A stretch of DNA of 64,000 nt from Amphiscolops sp. MND2022 (GCA_964187785.1 OZ076409.1:50842001-50906000), one strand, 5' to 3'. Positions 1-15,000 are shown, numbered from the stretch's first letter. The notes: generated by a model not told the origin, from the letters alone. Numbers and translations are program-made.

Positions 1-215
1 ATAAAGTATCAAACGCCGAGCAAATCTCGCAATTGGCATTTTCCTGCCAACCAAATTCTTCTCGAGCATCTTCTGATATAGCATCATTCTAACCTTGCAT
101 ATGGCACTGCCAAAAACCTCGGTAGCGTTTGGCCTCCCCCGAATATCTCTGAGATTTCTTTGGGAAACTGGCCAATTTCAAATAGAGGACAAGCTGACAT
201 CTCGAACATCACTGA

Positions 216-1875
216 GTGGGTAGAGAACATGAGTGTAGGTATGACTTTATGAGGAGTTACGCCACAGTTGAGCATGGAAGCGGACCCGCTGGGTCCAAAG
301 CTCCGATGTTTAGTGCTAGCAGAAACGAATTTGCTGACACCGCAGTTATTCCTTCAGGATGTCACCTCCAGAATTTTTCTTTTACCACTGGACAACTGCT
401 AGGTCCTAGCACACTACGACTGGAACGCACGGCAATTTCTCAACATTCAGACTCAGATAGCATAACGTCCCCACGTTTGACCATTACTAGAGGCATCAAG
501 GAAACTGAAGCCATTAAGACTTGGGATGGAGAATGGCACAGTTTAAACAAGTCCAGGCCAAGTTAGTCCAAGAGAATAGTGACCATGCTCAGCGAGCTGA
601 AGTTTTAATGAAGGAAATGGAGGAACTGAGAAGCGTATTGATTGAAATAAAATAGAGGGACGCATCAACCAGGGCAAGCTAGATACGTCAATGGCATCAG
701 TCAAGCGCATATCCGAAATGACGACGATAATGGCGCAAAGAGATCGACAAGCTGATGCACGTCTGAAGCTCATGTCAGAAGCGATGCATCGCAGAGACAT
801 CGATTTCGACAAATGCATGGTGAACTTCATCACTACAGTTCAAGACATACCCCCTGGGGTAAAAGCGGTAGTGGCGACGGTACCACGTCGTCCTTCACCT
901 GTGCCAGTGGCACTAAACGCTGCCAATTTACTACCCACAAGTGCAATTTCGACTCAACAGCCCACCTATAGAGAAGTAGTTCACCGCCAAAGCGGAACAA
1001 AGCCCGACCAAAGAAATCTGAATCAAGAGACATTAGAATAGGCTGCAAAAGGCAATACACCGAACACAAAACACGGGCAAGCGTTAGCTGAAGCGATTAC
1101 CAATGCGATGTCCAAAAGTTTGGAACCGCTACTAGCGACAAAAATAAACCGACAAAATATTGCGGCACGCGCGATGGCATATTAGATGGTTCGCTAATGC
1201 TCATGAAACGCTATTTGGAGAAAGCACACGCAAATGATACTCCACTAGATAGAACATGGACCACCGTTGATTTCCTAGAGAATGAGGCACGAGACTATAT
1301 TACGAACAAATCCGAGGCTGAACGCGACACGGATGAAAAAGTCTTCGCGCTATTAGCGCGTCGCTTTGGAACGGGATCTAGTAAGATCCAAATACAGCAG
1401 CAATTCCAACTGCGCAATCAGTCCAACGACAAAGATTACATGCAATACCTAGACGCACTTGAAGGTTTGCGCAGCCAAGGTTTTCCGAATGAGGAGGTGA
1501 GAGTAAGCAGTAAGGCGCTTCGAGCTCATGCAAAAATTCATCGACGGTGTACGCAATGTTGAGTTGAAGCGAAATCTTGCACTCGTGTACGCACAAGGAC
1601 AGTATTTGGAGACACCTCCAACTGTGGAAGCGTTACGGTTCACGTTACAACAATACTTGCACATGCGCGGCCGTATCCGCTCTGAGAATTATCCAGCGCC
1701 TCAGCAACAGCAACAGTCTTTACTTGCAAACCAACAACACTCAATACCAGCAGTGGCTGCCCAAGTGCTTAACGTTCAACTACCCCCACAGCAGCATGCA
1801 GCTTATAAACAGCAACCGCAGCGAGCATGTTTTAACTGTGGTGACCCATCGCACATTGTGACAGATTGTCATTGA
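216..1875 (+). pseudogene. gag: Gypsy 1 gag remnant
   Basis: Broken ORFs 216-566, 691-1041, 1197-1562, 1528-1875 ending in a CCHC-type knuckle remnant. Confidence 0.8.
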
Positions 1876-2930
1876 AAGGATCGAGCATGAACACAGATGC
1901 AACTCATGTCGCTCGAAATTAGCCGGTGAATGGACTTGTCCTTCAAACTCTCTTGGCATGAATAATGACATTGTGCCTGCAACAATACCAGAATAAGGAA
2001 CAACGGCACTCAGCATCAATTGTGGTCGTACGCCTCTGTCATCACGAATTCCGCGGACTTTGATGGTTTTGATACAAGTATTCCCAACTTCACTACAGAA
2101 GAGGGAGGCCCCCTGTGGTCATGACTTGTAACGAAAAACAATTCTCGACAACGCTTGAAGCCCCAGCACTTGACTGTACTGAAGCTTTAATTTCTATTCA
2201 CTTACTTTTATCGGCAGAACATAAAGCACGTCCAAACCTCACATTAGCCCAACTGAAAGAGGAACTTTGTTGTAACAACAATCTCACGATAGCCTCGAGA
2301 CCATTACCACATTTCACTAGAAAAGATGAGACCAAGCTAGCCCAGATACAAAAGGTCAAAACAGTCGAGCCAGTCCCCATAGCGATCAAGGTCGACGGTG
2401 TCCACTTGAGGTTCGACGCGATTGGTGTCCTGGATGGAAACTTTCCGCAAGGATTGCATTTGGGCAAGCAAGAACTTCGCTCCTACAACATCGGAGTGCA
2501 GGATGCACAAGGAGAGGCCCGAATTGATGAGAGAGCCTCGCTAGTTGTTGCATTCGGAACACCTTTGCAAAAACCGTTGCATTCGGAACACCTTTGCATC
2601 TGCGCATGAGCTGAGTTCGTCACCATTTGACTCTGAGCTCTACGCTGCCAATGACAAAAGCATCATTACCGTTGGTATAGCCGAAGACGTAAGTTTTCAG
2701 CTTGGCGGACACACATTGAACACCAACTTTGTAGTCATAGCCGACCAGCCCATTGGTTCACAGGATTTTCTTCTCGGTAGAAACTTTCTGAGCACATACA
2801 ACGTGTTGGTGGACCTAACGCCGATGAAAGTAATCATTCGAGACCCCAAAACGCCGAAGATTTTCAAAGTAGTCCATGAGGTGAGTCACAAAGAACCATC
2901 ATTTGTAGTTTCTGCCGAAGTTGTCTTAGG

Positions 2931-3097
2931 ACCTTTCGAAAGAAAAATTGTGCGCGCAAACATCATAACGCAACAGCTCAATTAGTTTCATTTTCGCAAT
3001 GTAATGGTATACTCAGTATACCATTACATTGCGAAAATGAAACTCATTGAGCTGTTGCGTTATGATGTTTGCACGCACAATTTTTCTTTCGAAAGGT
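2931..3097. repeat. Near-perfect ~167-bp fold-back palindrome centred near 3014
   Basis: ACCTTTCGAAAGAAAAATTG...GCAATGTAATGGTATAC is followed by its reverse complement GTATACCATTACATTGC...TTTCGAAAGGT. Confidence 0.9.
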
Positions 3098-3101
3098 TTT
3101 T

Positions 3102-3583
3102 CGAAATTTTACACCTTACTATTTCAGACTTTTTTTTCATGAATAGATCTTCGTACCCATTTATTATAGTGTCTAGCTTGTCTCTCGCCCGTTCCCCCCA
3201 AGACGAAAGGACGGAAGAGAGGTCGGGACCAGAGACTCTTGTAGCATGAAATCCAATTCAGTATTTGTTTTTCTTGAGATACACTGACTTCCATGGGAGA
3301 AGAACGTATAATTTTCATAGCCCTGCGAAATCAAACTGATAAAGAACGGGTAAGAACTAAGATTTTTTTATCTTCAACTGAGCCGTCAGAGATAGGCCTA
3401 TAGGAAAATAAGAAGTGCAAAAGGACAGATCCTCGATTGCTGAAAAAAATTTCTGGCCCCGACCTCTCTTCCGTCCTTTCGTCTTGGGGGGAATGGGCGA
3501 GAGACAAGCTAGACACTATATTAAATGGGTACGAAGAACTATTCATGAAAAATAAGTCTGATATAGGCAGGTGTAAAATTGCG
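3102..3583. repeat. Inverted duplication, arms ~3102-3232 and ~3452-3583
   Basis: The peptide FFMN.SSYPF.IVSSLSLA.SPQDERTEERSGPE appears on both strands (ORFs 3004+ and 3331-). Confidence 0.9.
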
Positions 3584-6500
3584 AAACATAGAATATGGCT
3601 ATAGCCGGAGGCTGTACCACACTGAGAAGGAGCTAGACGAATGTCCCGTGATAAAGCAGCGAACGCCAATCAGGAAGTACAAAACTCATTGGCCCTGGTC
3701 TGATACAACCCTCCTACTCGCCGTGAGCTAGTGGGAATGTCATGTTAAAAAAAGAAATCAGGCGAGCTTCGCTCTTGCTGCGACTTCCGCCCGCAAAACG
3801 ATCTATTAGTGAAAGATGCGCTTCCATTGCCCAGGATAAATGAAAGCCTTTCAAGGATAGCGAATGCAAAAATCTTCACTAGCATCGATTTGGCGTGGTC
3901 CTCTTGGCAGATTCCGCTGAAAAAGCGTGATCGAAGAAAAAAACGTGAGGTTGGGTCGTTCGAAAGGCGGCGCATGCCCTTTGGGCTATGCAATGCATCG
4001 GCCACGTTGCCACGTTTCAGCGATCAATCACGAGAGCTCTTCAGAAAATTCAACAACGACATGGAAGTAGTGTCATGGCGTCCATTGGACTCCATACCAA
4101 GGTATCCAGAGGTACAAGGGGAATCAACTCCAACATCAACCGAAAATGATAAACCTAACTGTATCCTTAGTATAACAACCAAAATGCCGCCGGCACGTCT
4201 CGACACCACAAATCGCGTTCCAGCGTTGCGTAGATTTCCTACGCAGTGTCAAGAGCAAGCTGATGTCCTTGAGCCAGTTGGATGGGAGCTGCGCGAGCAT
4301 TAATCGACAATCCGTGGCCTGAAGGAGCTCAAAACATGGATGTACACCTTCTAGCGTGGAAAAAGCTCATGAAGAACGAACCATTGGATGACAACTTGTT
4401 CCCAGAAGACGTGCAAGACTTTGTCAAACGGTACTACCATCAGAAAAAAGACTTACTGTTCCTGAACAAGAACGACATTTAAGTGTCCGTTACATTCCGC
4501 AGAAACGCGCGATGCATATTCGACCATGTATGATCGTCATGCCCCAGCAGTACCAACATGAAATCTTGTACAGAGCGCATGATGAGTCAGGACAAAAAGG
4601 CGTTTGCAAAGTATTGGCAAGAATACAAGAGCGCCACACCCGGTCAGGCATGAAGCGTGATGTGGCCAACCATGTTAAGCACTGCTTAACGTGTCAACAG
4701 ACGAGGCATCCCACTGGGAATCACTGCTACCCTCTACAAAGTATCAACAGTAGCAATTGCAATGACCTAGTTCAATTTGACCACTTGAAACTGTGCAAGA
4801 CAAGGTCGGGAAACAATGGACTGCTAGTCGTCATCGACCATTTCACCAAGTTTGCAGAGGCAACCCCATGAGCACATGATGAGTACGATGCAAAGACAAC
4901 TGCAAAGATTATCTTGAACAAGTGGTTTGCCAGACATGGCACTTCTGACAGGATGCAACCTGACGATGCAAGGTATTTTACTGCGGGAATAGACCAGGAA
5001 CTCATGAAAGCGTCACAAATAACCAAACTGACATCCACTCCTGCACACCCAAGAGGCAATGGACTCGTAGAGACACACAACAAGACGCTAATTACTCCGA
5101 ATCTATACGTCGCGCAGAATGCAAGACTGGAATGAACACCTTGACGGAGTCCTATTCGCCTACAACTCAACTCGACACGCGACTACGGGATTCTCACCCT
5201 ACATGCTCCAGCATGGGGCAGAGAAGTCGACTCCATTATCCTTCAACTCCCCTGAGTTCGCAGTGCGAGGCTTCGACTCCAGGGAAGAGTTTGTAGAATA
5301 CCTACTTGCCAGGCAACAAAACATTCACGAGTTAGTCCGTAGGAACACGCACCAGGCACAATTGAGGCAGAAACTGATATTTGACTGTCACCTCAAAGCT
5401 AAAGCACACGCCGTCGGCGACGCAGTCTGGGTGTTTTGCCACATAATACCAAAAGGCGGCACCCGCAAACTAATACGCCTGTGGCGCGGACCTCACAAGG
5501 TAACCGGTGTGCTGCAGGACGGACGCCTCTATGTATTAGACACTGGTCAAAGAGTTCACTTCTGAGAGTAAGGATGCAGGTACCGCACCTTGGGATTGGC
5601 CAGCACATCAGCCATTTGGGCTGGATCAGAATGTAGCCATAAGAGCTGACCCATATGTGGAGGAGAGTCATGAAGAATTTGCAATGGACATTTCACGAGA
5701 TTCTTTCTTACCGGAACAGCTGTTAGAGGCATCATTCGAACTAGAACGAGTCAGACCGGTTCCACCGCGAACCATCCAAACCCGCGCGCAGACAGCCCTT
5801 GAAAAAGAGATACGACGACGTCGATTCAGTCACTTTGGTTATCCCTCCGACTCGGAGTCAGATCAATAAGTGACTGAAGCACCTATTCTAGATTCCGCCC
5901 AGCAGATAGTGTTCACTGAATAGGATGACATAGAACCGCTGTTCTCGGCACAAGAAGAAATCCAGCCAGAGGCACCAACAAGGAGTTTGATACCATCAAC
6001 TAAGAGAACATCCGCTCCGTTATTATCCAACACATCCCTGATGGACACCCTAAGCAACTTCCCATTGTTCGATTCCCAGGCTGGAAGCCCAAAAGGTCCC
6101 GAATCCTTTGCAGAAGATGATCCTCCGCAGGAAAGCCAATAAGGAGGGCGGAGCACAGGACCAGAACCCAATCCAAACTCCAGCACTACCCAGTACCTCG
6201 ACCAGAAGAGGTCGACCAAGAGGCAGACCACTCGAACGCAAAAAGGAGAGCAACACATTCTCAAGCAGAACCACCACGTCGTCTAGAGGGCCAGCAACAC
6301 TGCCAAGACAAGGCCCAAGGACCAGAGCCTGCACGAGAGCTCCTCATCGAACCCTGGACCGAGCCATGACAATACGACATCCCCGAAAGTCAGTCACCGA
6401 ATCAACAACGCGCCGAACAGGGCACCTCATTGCAAGCGCTACGCTACCAGCTGAGAAAAAATAGGGCACCACGGTACAAGTGTGGAACCTGTGGTTCCCG

Positions 6501-8199
6501 CAACTTCAGTTGCGTCCAACAAGTTGATAGCGAACCACCGGACCTTCGAATGGCCCGGGGAGCAGCCATTCCCGCCCGCGAACTCTAAATTGCACGAGCG
6601 CCAGAACACCTTCAACATAAGATCCTAACAATTCAGAACAGGCGACACGAACTTGAACCCCCTGCGATGGTACATCACGTAGTCATAACTGTGGAGAAAA
6701 CCTACACTAGCTTGGAACCAGGAGTGGTACCACCACTGGAAACCACGCTAATCGCAATGTACAACACCTCACCCTCAGATTGTCCAAACTACCGTTTCAA
6801 GGAGTGGACGCAACATGACCGAGGCGGTCTCGAATTCACCCGCCGTTAAACCACCTTTACCACCTTCAATGGTGTTCGGCAAGATGGACCCTGAGATGGG
6901 TAAAACGGAGATGATTCGCTGCATAACCGCACGCTAGCTGTGGGAATTGTACCGTGTTGCTTCCCCTCCGGGCGATTTATACAGACCCACCCAAGGTTGG
7001 TGGCTATTAGTCACCTCCTTAGATGAAACACCTTTCGTATCACCCACCACGCTGTTGATTCGTCTGTGAACCTGCGCACGGTAGTAGAGTTTGACGACAC
7101 CCTTTGCTTTCACCTAACGGACATTTACCGCGGAAAGTTCCTAAGTCAACAATGGCTGCAATTAACAGCAATTTTTTTCTCCTGGTCTTGCACCAACATG
7201 GGCGACCGGTTTTTGCGTCGTACGGTAAGGCAGGATCGCAGAGCGATTTTCGAACATTCAGCGCCTCAATCAACTGACGATTGTATAAACGTCACAGGTA
7301 AATCGCTGATAACGCTGCCTAGAACTAGACCGAACTTTCTGCCATGGATAACCTACGCCAACACGGACATATTGCATGCCTCCGGCACTGAAGTATTGTG
7401 TTGCCACGCGGATTTAGTGTCTTACTCGGCGACTACTCGCTACGTCATTCCAGAATATGGAGAAGAAGAAATTTTCCGACTAAGGCCGAGATAGGCGCGG
7501 CGGTACGCCTGGTTAACTCGCCAACTGCACCCTTGGACAATGAAATCTTCTTGTTGTGCACGACAGCCTCAAACAAACAACCAATATCGCACGAAGTCCT
7601 ACATTTGTGTCTCACCAACTTGATACTGAAATTGTTGAAGATTTGATATCGAAGCAGTAATTTTTTGAAGCGAGAAAATTTAACATAGTTCCCGCTGGGA
7701 CTGAAATTGAAAGTTTGTTTCTGGATAGCAACTAGTATCAACAATATCTGCTGAATTAATAACATCAGAACCATGCAAATCCCTATCGACGAAACTCTTT
7801 GTAACAGAAATCCTTTAATGCAGAAACAGCTCATAAACAACTAACAAAATTACCTTTTCATTTGCATCACTGTAACCTGGTTCGATTTTTTTGTTGAAAA
7901 CAAATCTCTGCTCTGTCACTTGCTGCAAACAAACGCTAACAAACACTGATAATGCTATACTGACATGGACAAAGCTGGGTTTTATGACTTCCCAGTTATA
8001 TTGAAATCTGACATTGCAAGCACTCTTAAGGGTGACGGAACTGTATTTCAAAACCATTTACTTCGTTATTTTCCGCGCATATTTCATAAAGGAAAGGAAA
8101 ATATTTGATTCAAACGGTTTTTTTTCACAAATATTGCCAAGCGCCAAATTTATATTTAACTTTAAGGGTGTTACACAAAGAATTCAACTCACATAAATT

Positions 8200-11050
8200 T
8201 AGCTTCGTGCGAATTGCATTTGTGGAGATTTCTGGACGTTTTTTAGTTGACCCCAAGGACCCTAGAATGACCCAAAAATGACCCCAAAATAAGTAAAAAC
8301 TGCAAAAATTTCCAATTTTTTTACGTTTTAATGCAATTTTTGTCAATTTTTATTGATAGATGTCGTAGATTAGAATGTTAAAAAGGTGCAACAAGGCAAA
8401 TATTTGTTGTCCAGTAGTTGTTTATGAAGAGATATTTGCGGTTTTTTTGAAAGAAAAAAAAACAAAACTGACAAAAACCAAAAAGTTCCCGATTTTGAAC
8501 GTTTTTATGCAGTTTTTGTCAGTTTCGTAAGACTTCGAGGATTAAAAGGTTGAAAACGCTCAACATGGCAATATTTTGTTGTCCAGTAGGCTTTTCTGTA
8601 GCGATAATTGCTGTTTTCGAAAAGAAAAAAAATCTCAAATTGACACCGAAAATGACAAAAAGTCCAAAACTCCATTTTTCAAATTTCATGCATTTTTGTT
8701 AAAGTTTTGACAGATTTCGTGGACTGGAAGGTTTTAACGGGTCAACAATGAAAAATTTGGTTGTCCAGTAGTCTTTTATACAGAGATAATTGCGATGGTT
8801 TGTATGAAAATGTCTCAAATTGTCACCGAAAATAACAAAAATCCCAAAACTCCATTTTTCAAAGTTTTTATGCATTTTTGTTAAAGTTTTGACAGATTTT
8901 GTGGGTTGGAATGTTTTAAAGGGTCACCAATGAACATTTTGGTTGTCCAGTAGTCTTTTATACAGAGATAATTGCGATAGTTTGTATGAAAATGTCTCAA
9001 ATTGTCACCGAAAAAAAAAACAAAAATCCCAAAATTTTCTAAGTTCGACAGGTTTTAGCATTTTTTCCAAAATTTTGATAGACTTCGTCAATTGGAACAA
9101 GGAAATGCGTCGAAAAAGAAAAAACTGTGTTATCAGTAGGAGTTTTTGAAAAGAAAAATATTGGAGTTTTTCAAGTGAAAATGTCTCAAATTGACACCGG
9201 AAATGACACAAAACCCGAAATTTTTATAATTTTCAAGTTTCGATAAACTTCGTCGTTTGAAATGTGTTAAAGGATAAACAAGGATTGGGTTGGTTGTCCA
9301 GTAGTCTTTTCTGTAGAGATAATTGCAATGTTCGGAATGAAAATGTTTCAAATTGACACCGAAAATGCCAAAAGTTTCCAATTTTCAAAGTTTTTACGCA
9401 TTTTTCGTCAAACTGTTGACAGTGTTCGTAAATTGGAACGTTGAAAAGGATCAACAATGAAAGAACTTATTGTCGATTATGCTATAAAGAAGAGAAAAGA
9501 AGCTTTTCAAACGGAAACTGTCCGGAATTTACATCGAAAAAGCCAAACTTCGGAATTTTTCCAATTTTCACTATTTTTTTGAATTTTTGTCAAAATGTCG
9601 ATTGATTTCGTGGACTGGAATGTTGAAACGCGTAAAGCTTGGGCAAACTTGTTGTTTCGATGAGCTTTCGTCTTGATATATGTTCATTTTGTTAAAGAAA
9701 ATGCCTCAAATTGACCCTGGATAGTCGACAAAACTTGACGTTTTGGTCGTTTTTGATGCATTTTCCGCACAATTTCTCAGCGATTTCAATTCAAGTTCTA
9801 ACACAATCAACGCGACAACGGAAGAACGAGTTATGCATTTTTTGAAGAAAACGTTGCAGCGTTTTGCTTCAAAAACACAGAATGATTCCAAAGCAGTCGA
9901 AAAATTTAAAATCATCGTTTTTAAAAATATCGTTTTTGTTCAACTTGTGTATTTTTTGAATCGTTTTGGGGTCAGAATGATGGCAAACATTCAACAAAGA
10001 CTGAACTCATTATTCAGTATGCTTTTAAAGGTATATTTGCAGACTTCGGTTGAAAAAAGGCGCAAAATTTGATGCAAAAAGTCGAAAATGTCGAAATTTC
10101 TGTCGATTTCTAACATTTTCAGTGCATTTTAAAGTTCGAAAAGCTCAAGGTGATTAAACTACTGGGTCCGAAACACACTTTGAAAAGAAAAAAGTGCCTA
10201 TTTTATGGTCAAAGTTTCATTCAGCATGACCCAAATAATTGAAAAACTTGAGAATTTTCAAAGTTTTAACCTTTTAATGCTGTTTTTTTTGTACAATTTT
10301 TGAGCTTCCTTGCATAAACTGGTTTAAAAAACTCACTACTGTCTAATCCGGGTATCTCCAGTAAGCAATTTTGAAGAGGTTACTGCATTGTTCTGTTGAA
10401 ATTGGCCTCGAAAACACCCAAGGATTCACAAAACAACAAAAAAGCACGTTGTTTGACAAGCTTATTCCAACGTTTGTTCAATCCACGAAAGTTTTTGAAA
10501 AGTAGAACTTCCAATGACCTGAGCGTTGAAACAATAAGGTATTCAAAACGCAAATGAGGAAAAATTGGATGAAATTCATCGGTTTTACAACAAGGTTGTC
10601 AAAGTTTCCGAACTTTCTTTTTTTTCGACAACATAGTCCCAATTTTGGACCCTCTAGGAAACCTTACTTCAATCAGAATTACCATAGGTTCAGGATTGAA
10701 ACTTTTAGCTACCGGTAGTGATTCGAAAAGATACCAGACATATTTATTTGCACAATTTTCAAAAACTTTACTGGAAAACGTAAATTTGGACCTCATATGT
10801 CCAAAACATAATTTTCAAAAACCTCCAAGCATAATCACTAGATATGGAGTACACCTTCCAAAGAAAAATGTTTCGAGCTACTTCGTGAGTTAGAATGGTG
10901 TGCACAATCAACAACAACTAAACTTGGTGTCCAGTAAGCTTGTTTTTGAAGATACGCCTGCAGATTTATGTTAAAAAGTTCCTCAAATTAACCCCAAAGT
11001 TGTCAAAACTATTTCCAATTTCTGACACTTCCGGTGAAACTATGTGCAAT
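8200..11050. repeat. Diverged AT-rich tandem array, ~170-190-bp unit
   Basis: TTGTCCAGTAG...AAATGTCTCAAATTGWCACCGAAA recurs at about 8408, 8579, 8761, 8943, 9133, 9294, then decays. Confidence 0.75.
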
Positions 11051-12013
11051 AATATAACAAACCAAGGTTACTCAACATTCCTAAAATTTCAAAGGACCTA
11101 GTTTCAATCATTTACCATTTTCTCAGTGCCAAAAAAAACCTAAAGAAACACGAGTGAGATTATGAAACCACTTTTCCCTCAAACGGAATCACAAAGAATA
11201 CAATTTTTAGTTTTTTTTCGGTGAAGTTCGATGATGGCAAAAGTGTTTCAGCTCGCAAAACTACTTTTCTCAAGCCGATATCAGCTATGAAAGCCAGGGG
11301 TACTGTTTGACCAAATGAATGTTTCAGAAAGACGCACAGAGCCGAAAAAACTGAAATGAGGTAATTTCCACAATCAATAGAAAATCTCGTCAATTCCATA
11401 TGATCAAATGTAGCAAAGAAGTCACCCTGAAGAATCGGGAAACTGTTTTCCTTCACAGGAAACCTCAAAAAATAAAAATACCGAAACCTTTTTTCTCAGA
11501 AATCATTTCCAGAAAACTTATTCAAAATTTTCTCTTTTCTCGGTAAGTTGCACAGTGCCGAAAACAGGAAAAGTGGCCAGCCATCGCCGAAAATAGGTGT
11601 TTCGTTTAAAATGGACCAAGATGAATGAAATCTTTCCTTATTTAGTTGTAGAACATTTTGGGGCGGAAAAAACCTCGCTGCTCACCGGGCGTCTTGTTCA
11701 ATAACTCGCTGTGTCTGACCACGTTTCTAGTTGATGCATTTTGCGTTGGAGAATCTTTTTTCCTGTCCCGGTGGTTTGAAACTCTAAACTTCATTTTGTT
11801 AGTTAACGATACGGTGAACGTTTCTAACGAAACTTCTTCCTCTGGTCTCGAACTGAGCAGCGGGCAAAAAATGTTATGCTGCTGTAATATTAATTACCTT
11901 TGTAAATAGTTGAAACTAATGGTTCTAGTACTTTTCATGGTCAACCATTACTTTTGTGCAGATTAGTTGCTAATCACTGTTGCTTAGTTTTAATAGATTA
12001 GTTTGTACGTCTC

Positions 12014-15000
12014 TGTTGGATAGAAATCACAGATTGTTCATCGGGCTAATTTCATGTAATGTTAAACAACATGCTATTGTAAAATTACGTTGATATGGAT
12101 GACCCTCTGACCACGCGTGTGAGCACGTGCCTGCTGAGGAATGGATTTTTAGGATGCTTAGAACGCGTGAGAGCTTTGAAGTTTTGATGTTATTTGTAAT
12201 CATATGATAATGATACGTAATTATTTTGAATTGTTTATGTCCATAACCGTTCAAAATCCTTCACTCCTCTAATGTATGCTAATCTTGTGACATTGGAATT
12301 TGATTCTTGCTAAAATGTTGATTTCCTGATATGTAAAAACTGTGAGTGTCATGCATCAAGGATTATATATACCTCCAACTCCTTGAGTTTGATACAATTT
12401 TCTCCGAGCTTATTAGTGTTCAAAACGAATGTTGAAAGTTTAGTTTTACGTTAAAAAAAGTCAATTGTTACAATCGGAATTTCTTGATGCCTACTACAAG
12501 AAAACAGAAAAAAGCTGGGAAATCTAGAAAAACGAGAATGTTATTTGATATTGAAAACCTTGACATATTGTTAGAGGGAAATAACTCAGAGAGAGATAGA
12601 GAAAACAAAGTGTGTCAAGCAACTTTGGCAAAAAGCCTGATAGTCCATTCTATGAAATTTCGGTGAATCAGAACACTTACTCTCACTCTAATTCACGTGA
12701 GGCTGAAATTAGAACTTGTGCCCAAAATGGCCAAAGTTTGAGGCAAACTGATTCTAATAGTGGGTTTAATAAACTGTCAGGAGAGTTGGATCAACGAATC
12801 ACACAAGGACTGTAAGTTCTCAGATCCAAAGGGTCATAACCGAAGCTATAAGTGATCAGCCTGAGATTTTGCCTCACATCCAAGCGACATTAAGGGCCGG
12901 ACAGGGACAAATGCCTGGAAGAAGATTGGAAGTTCCGGTTAGAGGACAGGGGTTCAGATCTGAAGAAGCCTTAAAGCGTAGATTCTGAAGTAACTCAAGA
13001 GATGAGTTTCCTATGTTCCCAAATAGGAACGAACACCTAGAGAGTACTCATGTCATGGTGACAGGAGACAACCAACCTCAAAACTTTTTCCCCGAGTACC
13101 TTACCAGATAAATCCCATCGCGAAATGCACTCAATCAACCAGCTCGTGATAACAATGAGCTCCCCGACACGACATTAGCTGCAACAGAACAAACCCCTCC
13201 AGTGGTCGCACACGGCCCAATTAATAGACTAGCTGACATTTCGACCAATCTCCAGAATCGTCCAACAACCCAACAGCTCACTATCCGCCTCATCAACTCT
13301 AACACGACGACTTTCGATAGCATAGACGAGAAATTTGAGCTGTTTGAGGATTTATTCCACACGATGATCAAGATGGAGCCAGAAATGTCTGCACAAATGA
13401 AGATTAACCACTATCACTCACTTCTCAGGAAGGGATATCTTCAGACCTTTAGAAATGTCAACCTGTTCAATAGACAGACTCTCGAAGTCGTATTAGTCAT
13501 TTCAAGGCGCAAAAACGTCAAACGAGAATCTCAAGCGACTGCCAAACATAAACCGCACCGTTTAGTCTGTGACCGGAACACGATGAAGCTACTAGACTTC
13601 CTCGAACAATTGAACAAAGGGGCAGAAAAGGCATTTGGAGACAATGCTCAAAAGATTATTGACAGCCTCTTATATTCAAAAAAGCCACCAAAACTAAAAA
13701 GATTAAACAACATGGCCAGACCAGAAAGTGGCTCTTACGACGAAATAGTTTACCATCTTGAGAGGGAACTAGAGCTTAACGTCCTTGAGGAATCAGACGA
13801 CCTACCAATAGCAACAATGACTTCCTCCACATCTAAACCCAAAGCCTTTCTCTCCAATGGACTATTATCCGATACCGTCTGCAATTACTGCAAGGAAAAG
13901 CTTTGTATGGTCAAAGACTGTGAGAAGTTTATGAAGAAAAAAGGAAATAGTGCCCAAAAAGGCAAACCAACTGAGAAGAAAACCTATCCTAAATGTGGAA
14001 CTTGTGGCACAACAAATCACCCCGAAAAACGATGATGGCAAGGTGCAGGCGCGCTTCTCAAGCCTAAATGCAACAGGCGTGAAGACTCATCGGATAACAA
14101 ACCGGACTCAAAAGCGCAAAAATCACAATACAACTCCACGTCGTCCGGCTCCCAGTCCTCGTCAAAAAAAGACGATCCAAAAAACTATTTTCGCCACGAC
14201 TCCAACATACCCATCTTGTATCAGTTCGACAATTCGTCATATCTGATCCTCCAACTAAAATCTTCCATGAATATCGACAACAATTGATGCGGTATCCCTT
14301 TGTTGTCTGGCAGCAACAGATGGACAAAGCAACTCTCATCACTTACAATAACACACATCTATACCAAAAAACAATTCCTATATGGGATCCTATTACACCA
14401 CAATCTTCACTAACCGATTCAGGCCGTTTCCTTTAAGCGATGATTACAACCCAACATACATCAATCCAGACCACGGCAGAGATCCCATCTGGGACACTGA
14501 AATCTAAAACCAAGATTCGCTACAAGTCCAGAACGTTCTAGAGGATATTGAACTATACAATAAATCAGCGCACGAAAATCCATCTATAACTCTTATTAAG
14601 AAACCTAGGGCACTCATGGAAAACTGGCAAATGAATGATGGCACCCCCATCCAGTGTTCTCAAACCCCTTGAATACCAACACAAACACTGATCCGACGCC
14701 TCAGTGGCTATTAGATGAAAACAATTCCAGAACGTCTTTATCACCATAGACGATGAGCCCGACTGTATTCCACTCTATACCAACATTGACCTCGAATGCA
14801 AGAAACGCATGCTCTATTTTCTAGTGGTCTTAGGGGAATTGACCGCAAACGGTTTCATCGAAACTGTGGCATTATCCAGTGTAATTCCTGAAATGGACCT
14901 CCGGAAAATCCGCTTACTTTCTAAACAAGCTTTCATCTGGGAAGATTCGCCTCCGAATTTTCAAACAATGGTCGCTAATGGACAGCTAGAGACTTCTAAG

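Larger units (their letters stand above)
2115..5565 (+). pseudogene. pol: Gypsy 1 pol remnant (protease, truncated RT, integrase; RT C-terminus and RNase H apparently deleted near 4010)
   Basis: ORFs 2545-2985, 3809-4303, 4512-4871, 4914-5135, 5119-5565. No YxDD motif follows MPFGLCNA. Confidence 0.85.
1..7620 (+). mobile_element. Degenerate Ty3/Gypsy LTR retrotransposon 1 (internal region; LTRs not recognised)
   Basis: Colinear fragments in PR-RT-IN order: gag with zinc knuckle (CFNCGDPSHIVTDC), protease (FLLGRNFL), RT N-terminus (KDALPLPRINESL, FTSIDL, RMPFGLCNA), HHCC zinc finger and integrase core (VVIDHFTKFAEA, HPRGNGLVE). Many stops and frameshifts. Boundaries approximate. Confidence 0.9.

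Noticed and set aside
7650..12300. Short ORFs of 60-130 aa in AT-rich and repeat DNA (also 38700-43100 and 54000-57800), and antisense ORFs over real genes
   Set aside because: Low-complexity F/K/I/L-rich translations without motifs, consistent with chance ORFs.
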